Shown here one piece after another: positions 1 through 15,499 of a stretch of DNA of 64,000 nt. Under the pieces are notes generated by a model, which saw only the letters and a program-made list of their open reading frames with translations, was not told where the DNA came from and did no database searches. This stretch comes from Octopus sinensis (taxonomy: Eukaryota). Positions within the stretch are counted from its first letter, which is position 1; each line of letters starts with the position of its first letter. The position numbers were made by a program, and so were the translations under genes. The DNA lies in the NCBI RefSeq assembly GCF_006345805.1, contig NC_043010.1:58714001-58778000 (forward strand), given 5' to 3'.

Positions 1-407
1 CCATATTCCCTTGGACACAGATTTCCTTTTTATATCGAAGCAATCTCAAAAGTCTATGGACATGTGATACCTCGTCAGGGGAGAACAAAGAAAGTGGTAA
101 GGGACTTTTAGAGTTTATATACATTTTGTCGATGTATACACCTTGTTGTTATGCAACCTGCTGTTATATGCATTTTGGTGTTTGCACTGAAAGATATGCG
201 CAGAATTATTCGAAACAGCAAGAAGACAATTATGCTCCATTTGTTTGTAAAATACATAAAACGAATGGTGTGTGTGTTTATATATATGTATTAATACGTA
301 CATAGACATTATATTCTCACACCTATATATACATATGTACAAACTTACACGCACACACACACACACATGCACATATATATATATACATTAATGCATCCAT
401 CCATACA

Positions 408-441
<34 letters not shown>

Positions 442-644
442 AATATAGATATATATATATAATATATATATATATATTATATTAAATACAGACATTGACA
501 AGAAACATGAAACACCACAGAGACGACATATATATAAATACATGAAATGTATATATTCATAAATATAGATTATATACATAGATATATCATAACTATATAT
601 ATATCACATGTATGCATTTATCATCTTGTGTGAGTGCACAAATG

Positions 645-680
<36 letters not shown>

Positions 681-1296
681 TGTATATCATAAATATATAT
701 TTATATACATAAAGTTGTTATAACTATGTTTATTATATACATATGTGTTTTTGTATGTATATCATATATGTATGTATGGTTGTATGTATGTGTGTATCAA
801 CTTGTGTGTCTGTGTGACAATACATGTGTATATGTGTGTATATTATTTTGGTTTCTAATTAGTTGAGTTTCGTTAATTACTGTTAAGAGCTTTAATAGTA
901 AGATATTAATTGAATTATTGTTAATAGAAACTGGCAGTGTGATAACAGTTTATCACACATCTATTGGATATCTTCTCATAGAGAAATATATTTACATATA
1001 CATACATATTTACATATACATACATAAGAGAAATACACAGCTACATATACACAGAGAAAGTGGTACACACATACATACATGCACACATGTGCACCTCCCC
1101 ACACATATGTGTATGTATGAATACATGTATACATACATGCATATAAAAAAACATAGGTAAATATACACATACATATATACATGTATATTTATATACAGAT
1201 ATATATGTGTGTGTATATATATATACACGCACACACATATATACATATATATACATATATATATTTATATATATTTATATATACATACATACATAC

Positions 1297-1332
<36 letters not shown>

Positions 1333-1772
1333 CATATGCAAATACATATACACACACATATATATTTATATATATACATTGTTATTTCATTTTGATTTCT
1401 ATTCACCTGGTGGTGGAGGTGGTGAAGTCGTTGGTGTTGCATGGGGTGTGGGGCTGGTAGTGGGGTGGGGGTGGAGCTCAAAGTATTGTTGTTGCTCTAC
1501 TTGCTGTCTGCTTATAAAGTGTTCAAATTATATTTGTTCTTTTCTATATATGTGAGTGCGGGTGTTTGTGTGTACACGTGCATATGTATGTATATATATA
1601 TATATATATACATACACACACATGTGTATATACATGTATACATACACACATATATAAACACAAAAATACACAATTAGATATGTATGTATTTGCATTCATG
1701 TATATCTAAGTTTATATATCTCTCTTTACCTATGAATATATTGCTTATATACCCACACACACATATATATAT

Positions 1773-1803
<31 letters not shown>

Positions 1804-1992
1804 AATATACATACATATATATATATATACATATATATATTTATGTTTTATACATATATATATATATGGATAGAGAAATATAGATATCAATACATTATTA
1901 TGTAGTTATACATACATATATATATATATGTGTGTGCGTGTCTTTATATATATATGTATACACATGATTATTTGTATACATATACATGCATA

Positions 1993-2033
<41 letters not shown>

Positions 2034-2719
2034 CATGCACACATATATATGTATGTTTGTATGTATGTATATATGTTGGCTTGTATATGTACACATGATA
2101 TACATAACACAGCTGTCTACAGAGGAGTATAATGTGTGTATGTGACAATTACAACATTTAAATATCTATCAGTGCTTTGTTAATTGTCTTGATGTACATT
2201 AATATCACTAATGAAGTTAGTATAATTACTTTGGCTGGTAATGGCGGGTGTATATAGAGTTGTGTAGGCATTAATTGCAGCTTGTAAATAGAGGGTTGTG
2301 AAGGATAGTGATTATATACATGAAAGTATATATACATTCATATACATACATGCATATATATATATATATGTATATGTGTATATGTATATATATATATGTT
2401 AGTACAGTACAAGGTGTATAAAGAGTTTATCAAATATACACATACATATATAGACTCATACATATATACACTATACACACACACACACACACATATATAC
2501 CTGTGTGTGACTATATTTCTTGTATATAATGGACATTAGATGTCCTACTTTACACAGATCATTCTACACACTCCACTGTCTATACATCTTGAAGCACTGT
2601 TCTATACCCCACTGTATACATCATTCTACTCCCCATTCTATACACACATTTAACAATATACAATAATATCGTTTCCATATGGTATAGTCAGGTTAACAAT
2701 ATTGTGTGGCTAAATTTGG

Positions 2720-3480
2720 AGTGGTGATACGTGTGTAGTGGTTTTGTAGTAATGTTGCAGTGTAGTGGTGGTAGTGGGTGTTCTAGTGGATGTTGTAGTG
2801 GTGGTGAGTGGTGTGATGCAGTAGTTGTGCAGTGGTGTTGTTTTGTTGTTCTGGTGGTAGTTTAATAGTGTAGTGTTAACTTTGTTGTGTAGTATAGTAG
2901 TGACATTGTTGTCTAGTTGGGTTGTAGTTGTGTTGCAGTTGTAGTGTACCAGTGTGGCGTTATAGTGTTGGTATAGTAGTAGTGTTGTAGTGTAGTTTAG
3001 AAGTGGTGGTGATGGAGGTGTAGTTGGGGATAGTTGTGTTAGTGGAGTGTAGGTGTGGTAGTATCCTTGATGGTGTTGTGGTGGCGGTGGTGGTGTCGAT
3101 GGTGGTGTCGGTGGTGGTGGTGGTGGTGGCGGTCGTGGTTGTGATGGTAGTGTGTAGTGATTGTACATTGTTAATGTACAGGTGGAGGTGGTGGTGGTGG
3201 TGGTGGTGGTTGTGGATGTGGTGGAGGACAGGGAGACAGAGAGAGAGAGAGAGAGAGTAAATGGGAGAGAGATGAACCTAAAGGGGACAGTGGAAGGCAT
3301 AGGGAGAGGAAGAGAGGGAGAATGACCAAGTGATGAGACACAGAGGTGGGAACACAGCAACTACAACAACAACAACAACAACAACATAAATGTGACTAAC
3401 AACAATAGCAACACTGAAATTAACAACAACAACAACAACATCAATAACAACAACAAGAGCAATAACAACAAGAGCAACAT
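2720..3480. repeat. Compound (GTA/GTG/TGG)n, (GA)n and (AAC)n simple repeats
   Basis: Direct inspection. Confidence 0.85.
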
Positions 3481-4562
3481 CATTAGTGTGTGAAATTGAA
3501 TTTCCAAATCAGTAGAACTGGCACCAAAGATTTAATTACATTATAGTGTTCCCATTAAGGCAATCTTTCTTAACGAACTTGCTCCGTACCGCTGACACTG
3601 ACACACACACACACACTCACACGCATACACATACACACCTTTGACATACACACACAAATAATTACATACACAATGATACACACTCAGTTAAACACACACA
3701 CATAAACACCTCAATAGTGACACACATATATACACACTGTTATACCATTGACATTAATACACACATACATACATACAAATGCACACGCGTTCAAACCGAA
3801 GACATACACAGAGAAACAATTGCATACAATGACACCCAGTGATGCACACACTCCATTAAACACATATACACATACATACACACGCACACACACACACATT
3901 CCACTATTGTTCATACTAACATACATACACACAATTAAGCACTGACATTAACACATACATACACACCAATATACACGCAAGGTCACTTCTGTTGAAACAC
4001 TCCTGCATCACATACATATGCACCAATGCACTAGATGTATACACACACACACACACACTCCCTACCACACACACACCCTCACACCAGCAGACACACACAC
4101 ACACCATACTTCAGACCAAGCTTCCCAAACATACTCTCTCCTACACAATATTGGATGAAGACCGTTTCACAAGACTGCTGTTAAACCATCATTGCAATCA
4201 TAATGACCACCACCACCACCATCATCACCATTAGCATCATCAATGAGAAAAATCAAAATTACCTATGTATCAACATACACAGCAGCACATGGTCATACAA
4301 ACAAAATCCACACACATCCACACACACACACCTATATTTGTAAATATTCCTGCCTAAAAATTTCGGATCAGCACAATGTAAGACAAAGTCCAAAAATTAT
4401 TAAGAAATATATACAACACAGAATGGATATGTTTATTTGGGAATTGACGCTGGCAAGACTAGCACCATTACCTTCAGTTCAGCATTCATCAGAGAGTCCA
4501 TATTCGCTGGAAATAGGAACGGAACCAAGAAACACAAGTCATTATGTAATACATATATATAA

Positions 4563-4980
4563 GGCAGTGAGCTGGCAGAAATGTTTGTGCGCCAGGCAAA
4601 ATGTGTAGCCGTATTTTGTCTATCTTTATGTTCTCAGTTCAAATTCTGCTGAGATCGACTTTGCCTTTCATCCTTTTGGGGTCGATAAATTAAGTACCAG
4701 TTACGCACTGGGAAGTCGATAAATTAAGTACCAGTTACGCACTGGGGGGTCGATGTAATCGACTTAATCCATTTGTCTGTCCTCGTTTGTCCCCTCTGTG
4801 TTTAGCCCCTTGTGGGTAGTAAAGAAATAGGTATTTCATCTGTCTTTGTGTTCTGAGTTCAAATTCCACCAAGGTCGATTTTGCCTTTTGTCATTTTTAG
4901 GGTCGATGAATTAAGTACCAGCTGCATATAGCTGGCCCCCTCCCCCAAAATTTCAGGCCTTGTGCCCAGAGGAGAAAAAA
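4563..4980 (+). mobile_element. SINE family A (tRNA-like head), full copy plus adjacent partial copy, with a 34-bp internal duplication at 4681-4748
   Basis: ggcagtgagctggcagaa head, gagttcaaattc B-box-like motif, gtcgataaattaagtaccag core. Confidence 0.8.
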
Positions 4981-5008
4981 TATACATACATATTTGTATG
5001 CATGTGTA

Positions 5009-5088
<80 letters not shown>

Positions 5089-5396
5089 GAAGTGAATATT
5101 TCTGTTATTATCGAAGGCAATTTTTTCGGTCTGATAGCATACCACTGAATCTGTTGTTTTCAGTGTATATTTTTGGGGTGGTCCAAATAAGGGTTTTGAC
5201 TCTTATTTCTAGTGGGTAGACCTTTAACGTGCCCTTATAATTAATATAATTTTAATTCTTTAGCTATATATATATGTGTGTGTGTGTGTATAAAATTCGA
5301 TTAGAGGTTATGTTAGTCTCATAACTGATAATGATTGATTTGTTGTTAATAATAAATATTTAACTTCACAATCTCCATTTTCTTTTTCTCCCCCCC

Positions 5397-5453
<57 letters not shown>

Positions 5454-5456
<3 letters not shown>

Positions 5457-6050
5457 AGAATTCACAAAAAAAAAGCAAAAGATGAAGACAGGTGGTGTAG
5501 ACAACAAACAGATGTATTAGTTTAACGCTCAGGAAGTGAAAAGGTCTTTAAAGTTGTAAACCTATGCTCCTCCACAGAAAGGAACAAGAAGAGAAAATAA
5601 AGAATCTGTAGTGGCTAGTGATCTATCGCATATATATATATATGGAAAAAAAGTCAAGGTAGAAAATGCTAAAATAATTTTATCATAAAAAGCATTTTAG
5701 TATCTGTTTCAGTCATGGAGACTTTTTTCAACTCTCAGAATGGAAAACAATTAAATTTTGGTAAAATTAAATGAAAAGTTTTTTAAAAGAATATTCGCAT
5801 AGTATTCAAATACAAGGGGCATTTTCCTTGTTTCTGCCTCTCTCTGTCTCTCTTGTTGACTATGTTGAATCGTTAGCCCCTACACGGAATTTTTTTCTCT
5901 CCTTGTTTCTTTCTGTGTATCTTTCTGTCGAAGAGCGTAGGCTCGAAACGTAAAAGACTTGTTTTATTTCTATCCCTGAGTGCCATACTAATACATTATT
6001 TGTTTGTACTCCACCTGCCTTCGTCTTTTTTTTTATTTTCATAACCTCCC
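5454..6050. mobile_element. Inverted pair of diverged ~180-bp repeats (probable PLE terminal repeats) embedded in (TA)n, with an HHR-like variant at 5920-5957
   Basis: 5454-5630 aligns to the reverse complement of 5862-6050; a third copy lies at 62580-62745. Confidence 0.55.
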
Positions 6051-6395
6051 GTTATATATATAATATATATATATATATTATATATATATATAGGTAATGT
6101 TCTTGGCCACTTCAAGCATGGCTTGTCCACTCAAACAGACTTTATTGCAATTTTTTTAACCCTAAGAGGATATCTCCCCTAACTGGTTTGCAATATACAG
6201 CAGCATCTGATATATTGCAAGCAGGAAGCAAACCCCTTCCACCTTCTGGCGATGGGGCCAACAGACCAGCCTGGTTTTGGGCTATTTCTGCCTGTTTTCA
6301 GTACTGGACACCTCGTCAGCTAGAGATGGCAGTAACTCGCCTCTGCTTACCTCTGTGTGTCAGTATATGTGGGTGTGTGTATCTTTGATCGTTTA

Positions 6396-6585
6396 TTTCA
6401 GTTATTAGACTGCGGCCATGCTGTGGAACCGCCTTAAAGACTTTTTAGTTGAAGCAGTTGTTACCAGCGCTTTTTTAATATATGAGCCTGGTGCTTATTG
6501 TATCAGTCTCTTATGCTGAACTGCTAAGTTAGAGGAATGTAAATAAACCAAAACCAGTGGAGGGGGACAAACACAGACACAAAGA

Positions 6586-6617
<32 letters not shown>

Positions 6618-6780
6618 ACACACACATATATGTAAATATATATATATACACACACACAACAGACTCAGACAGATTTGGTTGGCCCACTGCTACAGTAGAA
6701 GGCACTTGCCCAAGGTGTCGCACAGTGGGGTTGAACCCAGGACCATGTGGTTGGGAAGCAAGCTTCCTAACCCCTGTGCT
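6396..6780 (-). mobile_element. SINE family B (tRNA-like head, internal microsatellite)
   Basis: Reverse complement of the ggctgtgtggtaag...gggttcagtcccactg head and gctccagcatggcc tail. Confidence 0.75.
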
Positions 6781-7436
6781 AATCCTGTCTTATTAGAGTC
6801 TGGATATCAATATTGGTGATTGATCATCCCACTTGATGACCAACAAACAATGCAAATGGCTGAAATAGCGGGGCCAAGAAGGTGACCCCGGCTTCAACCT
6901 CAATCATCTTCTAATTGTTGATGATAATGGGTGATGGTGGGGGTGGCAGTGGTGAGGACAGAGCTGCAGCAGCAGCGATGGTGAATGATGGCGGCAGCAG
7001 TGGTGGTGGTCACCGCGGCAGTGATGCATGGTGGTGGTGGTGTCAGCGGTGGAGGTGGTGGTGTCAGCGGTGGAGGTGGTGTGTCAGCGGTGGAGGTGGT
7101 GGTGGTGGTGGTTTATGGAAGAGGCTCAATGCCTTCATCCAACATTTTGGTCTTTCACCAGTAGATGGTATAACATCATCATTGTCATCATCGTCATCAT
7201 CATCATCATCAATTTCAAATTCGCATTTCCTATACTCATTCAGATCAGACAGAATTCCTTGAGAGAGAGTTTCGTTACAGCTGGATGCCCCTCTTGTGAC
7301 CATCTCTCACCTGTTTCCAAGTAAGGCAATATTTCCCCATGACTAGACATCTCTTCCAGACAGCTCTGGAAACAGATGATCCTGCTTGTATGACAGTGAG
7401 ACTTGTTTACACCAGAGACACAGACATTCATGCATA

Positions 7437-7517
7437 TATACCTATCTATCTATCTATCTCCTCTATCTATTTATCTGTCTGTCTGTCTGTCTGTCCGTCT
7501 ATCTGTCTGTCTGTTTG

Positions 7518-7564
<47 letters not shown>

Positions 7565-7583
7565 CTCTCTCTCTATCTATCTA

Positions 7584-7618
<35 letters not shown>

Positions 7619-7796
7619 ACCTATCTGTCTATCTATCTGTCTGCCTGTCTATCTATCTATCTATCTATCATCTGTCTATCTTTCTATCTCTCTATCTATG
7701 TCTCTTTGTATGTCTATCTATCTCTCTGTCTATCTATCTCTCTCTCTCTCTCTCTCTCTGTATATATATATGTCTATCTATCTATCAGTGTATCTA

Positions 7797-7837
<41 letters not shown>

Positions 7838-7855
7838 CTCTCTCTCTGTATATAT

Positions 7856-7901
<46 letters not shown>

Positions 7902-7903
7902 TA

Positions 7904-7934
<31 letters not shown>

Positions 7935-7975
7935 CAATTTATCTATCTAACTATTTGTCTGTCTGTCTGTGTATC
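7437..7975. repeat. Compound (TCTA)n/(TCTG)n/(TA)n microsatellite
   Basis: Direct inspection; similar tracts at about 14030-14400, 29375-29645, 36665-36840 and 58655-58900. Confidence 0.95.
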
Positions 7976-8424
7976 TGCCTCTCAATATATATAGAGAGAG
8001 AGGGGGAGAGAAGGAGGGAGGGAGAGAAAGAATGAGATAGACAGAGATACACTTATACACACACACATATATATATACACACATATATATAGCCAAATAT
8101 ATGTGTGTGATCATCATTTTACGCCCAATTTCCATGCAAGAATGGGTTGGGTGGGTGTTCAAGGGCCAAAGCAGTTGTAGGCTGAAGAGAGACACAAGTT
8201 TATTGTTGGGAGAGGGAGTTGGTGGGGGAGAGTAACAGGGATAGTATTAGCGAGGGAGTGGCGGTGGGGGAGGGGGGAACTTGAAGTGAAAGGCAAGTGT
8301 AATTATCATCACTTGATTCTTTACTAACAACAACAACAACAACCACAACAATGATGATGATGATGATAAGAAGAAGAAGAACAACAACAACAATAATGAT
8401 GATGATGATGATGATAATAATAAC

Positions 8425-8474
<50 letters not shown>

Positions 8475-9223
8475 CAATAATAATGATAATAAGAAGAACA
8501 ACAACAAAGCAACCATAATAATGATAATAATAATAATAACAATAATAATAATGAAAAAGGTGAGTTCTCTGTGTTAGTCTAGTTTAATTAGATTTATTGA
8601 GATGTGACCACAAGGATATCTAATCAGTGTATATCAAAAAGATGACCATATGGGTGTAGTTGTAAATATACAGGCAATCATATATACATACAGATATATA
8701 GACATATGGGTGGGTAGATAGGTGGGTAGGTAGGTAGAGATATAGACAGACAGATAGAATAGGCAGACACATATGAACTCATAGACTCATTCATTCTTAC
8801 AATACACATGTAAACAGAAGACTCATCACCCCACCACCACCATCACCACCACCATCATCATCATCATCATCATCATCACTGCCATCAGCATCACCATGAT
8901 GATGATGATCACCATCATCATCATCATCATCACCATCAATGTAACACTGATGTCAACATCTGGTTGTCTATATGCTACATACATATGGTGTGTATATCAC
9001 CATGCATATGGGTATATATTCAATTTTATAGAGGTGTATCTCTCTCTCTCTCTCTCTCTTTCTTTCTCACTCTACATATATATATGCGTACACACACATA
9101 CACATATATATACACACATACACATATATACACACACATATGTGTATATATATATGTATATATATAATTATATATATATATATATAATATATATATAATA
9201 TTTTATATATTATATATATATAT

Positions 9224-9352
9224 ATTTATTATATAGAAGGAGCTTCTACAGGACTAGAACTGTTTCATTCAAGAGAAATCTTCAGGCTTCCTGAAGATTT
9301 CTCTTGAATGAAACAGTTCTAGTCCTGTAGAAGCTCCTTCTATATAATAAAT
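9224..9352. repeat. Perfect palindrome with 63-bp arms and a 3-nt spacer
   Basis: 9224-9286 is the exact reverse complement of 9290-9352; spacer CTT. Confidence 0.95.
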
Positions 9353-9449
9353 TAATTTTACTCTGCTATGTATTGAGTACCTTATTTACTGTGGTTAACC
9401 CCGAATCAACCCGGGACCTAAATATATATATATATATATAATATATATA

Positions 9450-9496
<47 letters not shown>

Positions 9497-10300
9497 TATA
9501 TATGTATATATATTATATATATATATATATATACACACACACAAATATATATTTATGTGTGTATGCATATACACATGGTCATCTTTGAATATCTACCATG
9601 TACATACAGTATGTTAGCATGTATAAATGTGCACATGTTCATATACCTATGTGTCTGTGGGTGCATAGTTGCATGTTCACACACTCATACACACACACAT
9701 ACATACGTACATACATATGCATACATATATATATATGTACACACACACATACATACGTACATATACACATACATATATATATATATGCTCACATACATAC
9801 ACACACACATATACATGCATATTCATATATATATATATATACATACACATACATATATACATATATATATATGTATACATACACACATACACAGAGTCAC
9901 ACATAAATAGCATATATATGCAGACATATACAACACACATAAGCACATACCTTAACACAGATGTTTGAACGCATATGCCAATATATACATATATAAATAC
10001 ATATATAGATATATATCTATATAATGTTCATTCACATATACACACACCAACACACATATGTAATATAAAGGTGTGTGAGTGTATGTTTGAGTGTGTGCGT
10101 GTGCACACATTCACACACATATATTTTTTCATTTACAGAAGATTGTTATTCATAGAAAATTTATAAACTTTATATTCATGCATTTTGTTGTGTATATATA
10201 TGTAAGTATATATATCTATATGTGTCTGCTTGTCTTTGTGAGTGTGTGTGCATGCACACACATATGGTCCATATATGTATGTGTGTGTGTGTGCATATAT

Positions 10301-10336
<36 letters not shown>

Positions 10337-10480
10337 ACACACACATATATATATATGTATGTATGTATGTATGTAAATATCTATGTAAAAGCTTTTGGCT
10401 TAAAAAATTTACAAATAGGCATATGTAGTATGTATATATGCATATATATATAGTGTGTGTGTGTGTGATGTGTATATATA

Positions 10481-10532
<52 letters not shown>

Positions 10533-11493
10533 GATATAAATATATATATATACACACATAGATGTATATATAATATATATATATATACACACAGATGTAT
10601 ACAAGAATATGTATATATCATCATCATCATCATCATCATCATCATTTAATGTCCAAATGTTATATCCACATACATATGTATATGCATGCATGCTACTGTG
10701 CATACCTATATAAATGCATGCAGCACATTACATGTGTACAATCATATACACGTGCATAACCGTACCATATGTATGTTTTGCAGACTCCTGCAAACAAACA
10801 TACTGAGACCCCACTACACACACATAAAGATATTTACATTAATATACATATATACATATATACACACTCCAATATAGCATGCATATATGCATTGATATCG
10901 TTCACATCATTCATATACACCCAGCAGGTGTGTCATTTATATACAGCCGGTAACATATGTCTGCTATACGCACACATGACAACAAACTCACATATACACA
11001 CATACTTCAACAACCATATGTATACATGTTTACTATCACAATATGTTGAGTAAAGTATGTTTGTATATATGTTTACATGTATTTAAGTAGGTGTGTATAT
11101 AAAATGAAAGACTGGGAGAAGTGGATGCATAAAAAGCTTGTATACTTACACGTTTTGTAGTGTTACTGTTGATGGGTTTCGAATGACAATCCCTAGTTTT
11201 GGTCGGAGCGATGCTCTGTTGTGCACAGCACACGGCACACTGCACACTGATGCAGTTTCACGTTAGCTTTGTGTCTGTGCGTGCGGATGGCTCCGTGTGC
11301 GTGTGTCTGTGTGTGTATGAACGGCTCTGCATGTGTGTGTGTGTGTCTGTAGGTTTATGTGCAGATGGCTGTGTGTTTACATGTGTGCTACTTTGTCTGT
11401 GTGTACAGATGGCTCTGTGTTTGTGTGTATGTGTATATAACTGGATGGATGTGTAGTTGTGTGTTACTGTGTCTGTGTGTTTGAGTGGCTGTA

Positions 11494-11541
<48 letters not shown>

Positions 11542-11763
11542 CTATGTATGTATATAACTTCATGTATGTGTTTGTTATTGTATCTGTCTGTTTATATGAT
11601 GGTGTGTGTGTGTGTATATATGTGTTTATGTGTATGTATGTGTTTGAGTGGCTGTTTGCATGTATATATATATATATATAATATATATATATATATATTA
11701 TATATATATATTATATATATATATTTATATATATATATTTATATATATGTATATATATATATT

Positions 11764-11799
<36 letters not shown>

Positions 11800-12266
11800 A
11801 TATATGCATGTATGTGTATATGTTTGTATGTATATAACTTCATGTATGTGTTTGTTATTGTATCTGTTCATATGATGGTGTGTGTGTGTGTGTATATATG
11901 TGTGCATGTGTACGTGTGTGTTTGTGTGGCTGTTTTGTTGTGTCTCTCACACACACTGCACCTTTCTGCACCATCCTGTACTTTAAATCTGTTCAGCTAT
12001 GGGAATGTGTATGTGTGTGTGAGGCTGCATATGAGTTAGTGTGTTCACGTTACTACATGGTCTTAATACAAAAATATTCCTGATTCTTTTGGTGTTTATA
12101 TCAGGGAGTGGCATTGCACATGTATGCGTGTATACATGTGTAGAATTATGGTTGTGTGTGTGTGTGTCACTGTGCATGCTCTTGGATTGCTATGTTAAGG
12201 TGTGTTAGTGTAACTCTGTTTATATTTGCTATTTATGTGTGTGTGTGTGTGGTGTGTGTGTGTGTG

Positions 12267-12312
<46 letters not shown>

Positions 12313-12325
12313 ATATATATATATA

Positions 12326-12363
<38 letters not shown>

Positions 12364-12465
12364 TATATATATATATATATATGTGTTGTGTGTGTGTGTG
12401 TGTGTGTAGATATATGTATATATATAGTGTATATATATATGTGTATATATATGTGTGTGTGTGTG

Positions 12466-12533
<68 letters not shown>

Positions 12534-12593
12534 GTACATATGTTTATGTATGTACGTATATATGTATATATATATGTATATGTTATATATATA

Positions 12594-12641
<48 letters not shown>

Positions 12642-13286
12642 TGTATGTGTATATGTTTGTATGTATATAACTTCATGTATGTGTTTGTTATTGTATCTGT
12701 TCATATGATGGTGTGTGCGTGTGTATATATGTGTGCATGTGTACGTGTGTGTTTGTGTGGCTGTTTTGTTGTGTCTCTCACACACACTGCACCTTTCTGC
12801 ACCATCCTGTACTTTAAATCTGTTCAGCTATGGGAATGTGTATGTGTGTGTGAGGCTGCATATGAGTTAGTGTGTTCACGTTACTACATGGTCTTAATAC
12901 AAAAATATTCCTGATTCTTTTGGTGTTTATATCAGGGAGTGGCATTGCACATGTATGCGTGTATACATGTGTAGAATTATGGTTGTGTGTGTGTGTGTGT
13001 CACTGTGCATGCTCTTGGATTGCTATGTTAAGGTGTGTTAGTGTAACTCTGTTTATATTTGCTATTTATGTGTGTGTGTGTGTGCGTGTGTGTGTGCATG
13101 CGCATTTATGCATCCGGGATGGTGTGCATATGTGTTGAGTGTATATGTATATACAATTATACGTATATGCTTGTGTGTGTATATATATATATATATATAA
13201 TAATATATATATATATATATAGTATGTGTGTGTGTGTGTGTAGATATATGTATATATATATGTGTATATATATATGTGTATATATA

Positions 13287-13323
<37 letters not shown>

Positions 13324-13390
13324 TATATATATATATATATGTATATATATATGTACATATGTTTATGTATGTACGTATATATGTATATAT
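11800..13390. repeat. Tandem duplication with a unit of about 831-833 bp
   Basis: Unique block 11940-12240 recurs at 12771-13075 with offset 831-833, differing mainly in (TG)n length; flanking microsatellite patterns are also repeated. Confidence 0.85.
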
Positions 13391-13972
13391 ATATGTATAT
13401 GTATATTATATATAATGTGTGTGTGTGTATATATATACACACATGCTCATAATGTATATATGTAGCAATATGTAGCAACATATATGGTTCATGTATGCAT
13501 GTATATACCTATATATGAGTGTACCTGTATACATAAAATGTGTATATAAATTTGCATATATGTGTGCTGAGGCTTGACAGTAGATTAAGGGTTTTCATTA
13601 AATATTTCATGTTTTTGAACATATATGTATGTGTGTGAGTGAGTGTGTGTATGGTGTGTGTGAGTGTGTGTATGATGTGTGTGTCTACATGTGATCCTTT
13701 TTTTCTCTTCTTTTTCCCTGAAACTCCGCAAACCATTTAGCTAGCTTCCATCATTCCATGGTCCATAACTGACTGGAATCGGCATTTCTCTTAAGTGGGA
13801 TGTCTTCCCATCGCAGGGTTCAAGGACAGCAGTTTTGAGGGGAGGGGCAAGGTGATTTCATCAATCTCTCCATCTGACTGCTACGTTATTCTATTGACCC
13901 TGAAAGGATGAAAAGCAAAGTTGACCTAATGATGACTGAGGCAACTCACCACCTCACATATAAGACACATTC

Positions 13973-14022
<50 letters not shown>

Positions 14023-14585
14023 AGAGAGAGAGGTAGATAGATAGATAGACTGAGAGACAGACAAACAGATAGATAGGCAGACAAGTAGATAGAGAGATAG
14101 ATAACTATAGATAAATGGATATATAGATGGATAGCTAGATTGACAGACAGACTGATAGATAGATTGATAGATAGGTAAGATAGGCAGATAGACAGAGAGA
14201 CAGACAGATAGATAGACAGATAGAGAGAGAGAGATAACTATAGATAGAGAGATAGATAGATAGATAGACAGACAGACATGTAGATAGAGAGAGAGAGAGA
14301 TAACTATAGGTAGATAGATGGATAGCTAAATTGATGACAGACAGATAGACAGACAGGTAGATAGAAAGAGAGAGAGAGGGATAGATAGATAGACAGATAT
14401 GTATATATGCATGCATACATATATGTCTGTGTGTATGTGTATACATGTATATATGTGTATGTATATTTTTGTATGTGTGTATGTAGCAGGACACACACAT
14501 TTGTAAGTGCACGTGTTTGTATGTTTATAGAAAAGTACACAAACACATGCAAGTGCTCATATGTGCATGCATGTGTGTGCATGTG

Positions 14586-14635
<50 letters not shown>

Positions 14636-14913
14636 TGCCAGGTATGCCAAAGTGAAAGCTTGCAGCTAAACCCTGTTCGTTGCCTCTTCATACAATGACC
14701 ACATGTTACCATGTGAATCAAGAGACTGACCATGCCACATGGAGCTGCCCACATAATCATACATGAACACTGCTATGCAGATACACATACACACACACAC
14801 ACACGCACAAAGAGGAATTCATGCATGGATATATATTTTTATATCAAGACATTTTGTGTGTGTGCCCCAGCATGGCCACAGCTCAAGAGCTGAAACTGGA
14901 AAACATAAACATA

Positions 14914-14949
<36 letters not shown>

Positions 14950-15019
14950 TATGTATATATATATGTATATATGTATATATATATATGTATATATATATGT
15001 GTATATATATACATATTTG

Positions 15020-15054
<35 letters not shown>

Positions 15055-15064
15055 ATGTGTGTGT

Positions 15065-15168
<104 letters not shown>

Positions 15169-15173
15169 TATAA

Positions 15174-15388
15174 GGCAGCAAGCTGGCAGAAACGTTAGCA
15201 CGCCAGGCAAAATGCTTAGCGCTATTTCGTCTGTCTTTGTGTTCTGAGTTCAAATTCCTTCCAGGTCGGCTTTGCCTTTCATCATTTCAGGGTCGATAAA
15301 TTAAGTACCAGTTACATACTGGAGTCGATGTAATCGACTGGCTCCTCACCCAAAATTTTGGGCCTTGTGCCTAGAGTAGAAAAAAAAT
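15174..15388 (+). mobile_element. SINE family A
   Basis: Same head and core as the 4563 copy. Confidence 0.8.
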
Positions 15389-15499
15389 ATATGTATATAT
15401 ACATGCATACACACACACAAACACATATACACATGTATGTATATATATGTATATGTTTGTGTATATATGTGTGTGTGTGTGTATATATATATATAACTA

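Noticed and set aside
5-85. CUGACGA...GAAA...GUC on the minus strand
   Set aside because: Stems I and II do not pair next to the core; at most a heavily decayed relic, cut by the window edge.
2710-3360. 216-aa Thr/Pro-rich mucin-like ORF
   Set aside because: Built from trinucleotide simple repeats; no domain, credible start or splice context.
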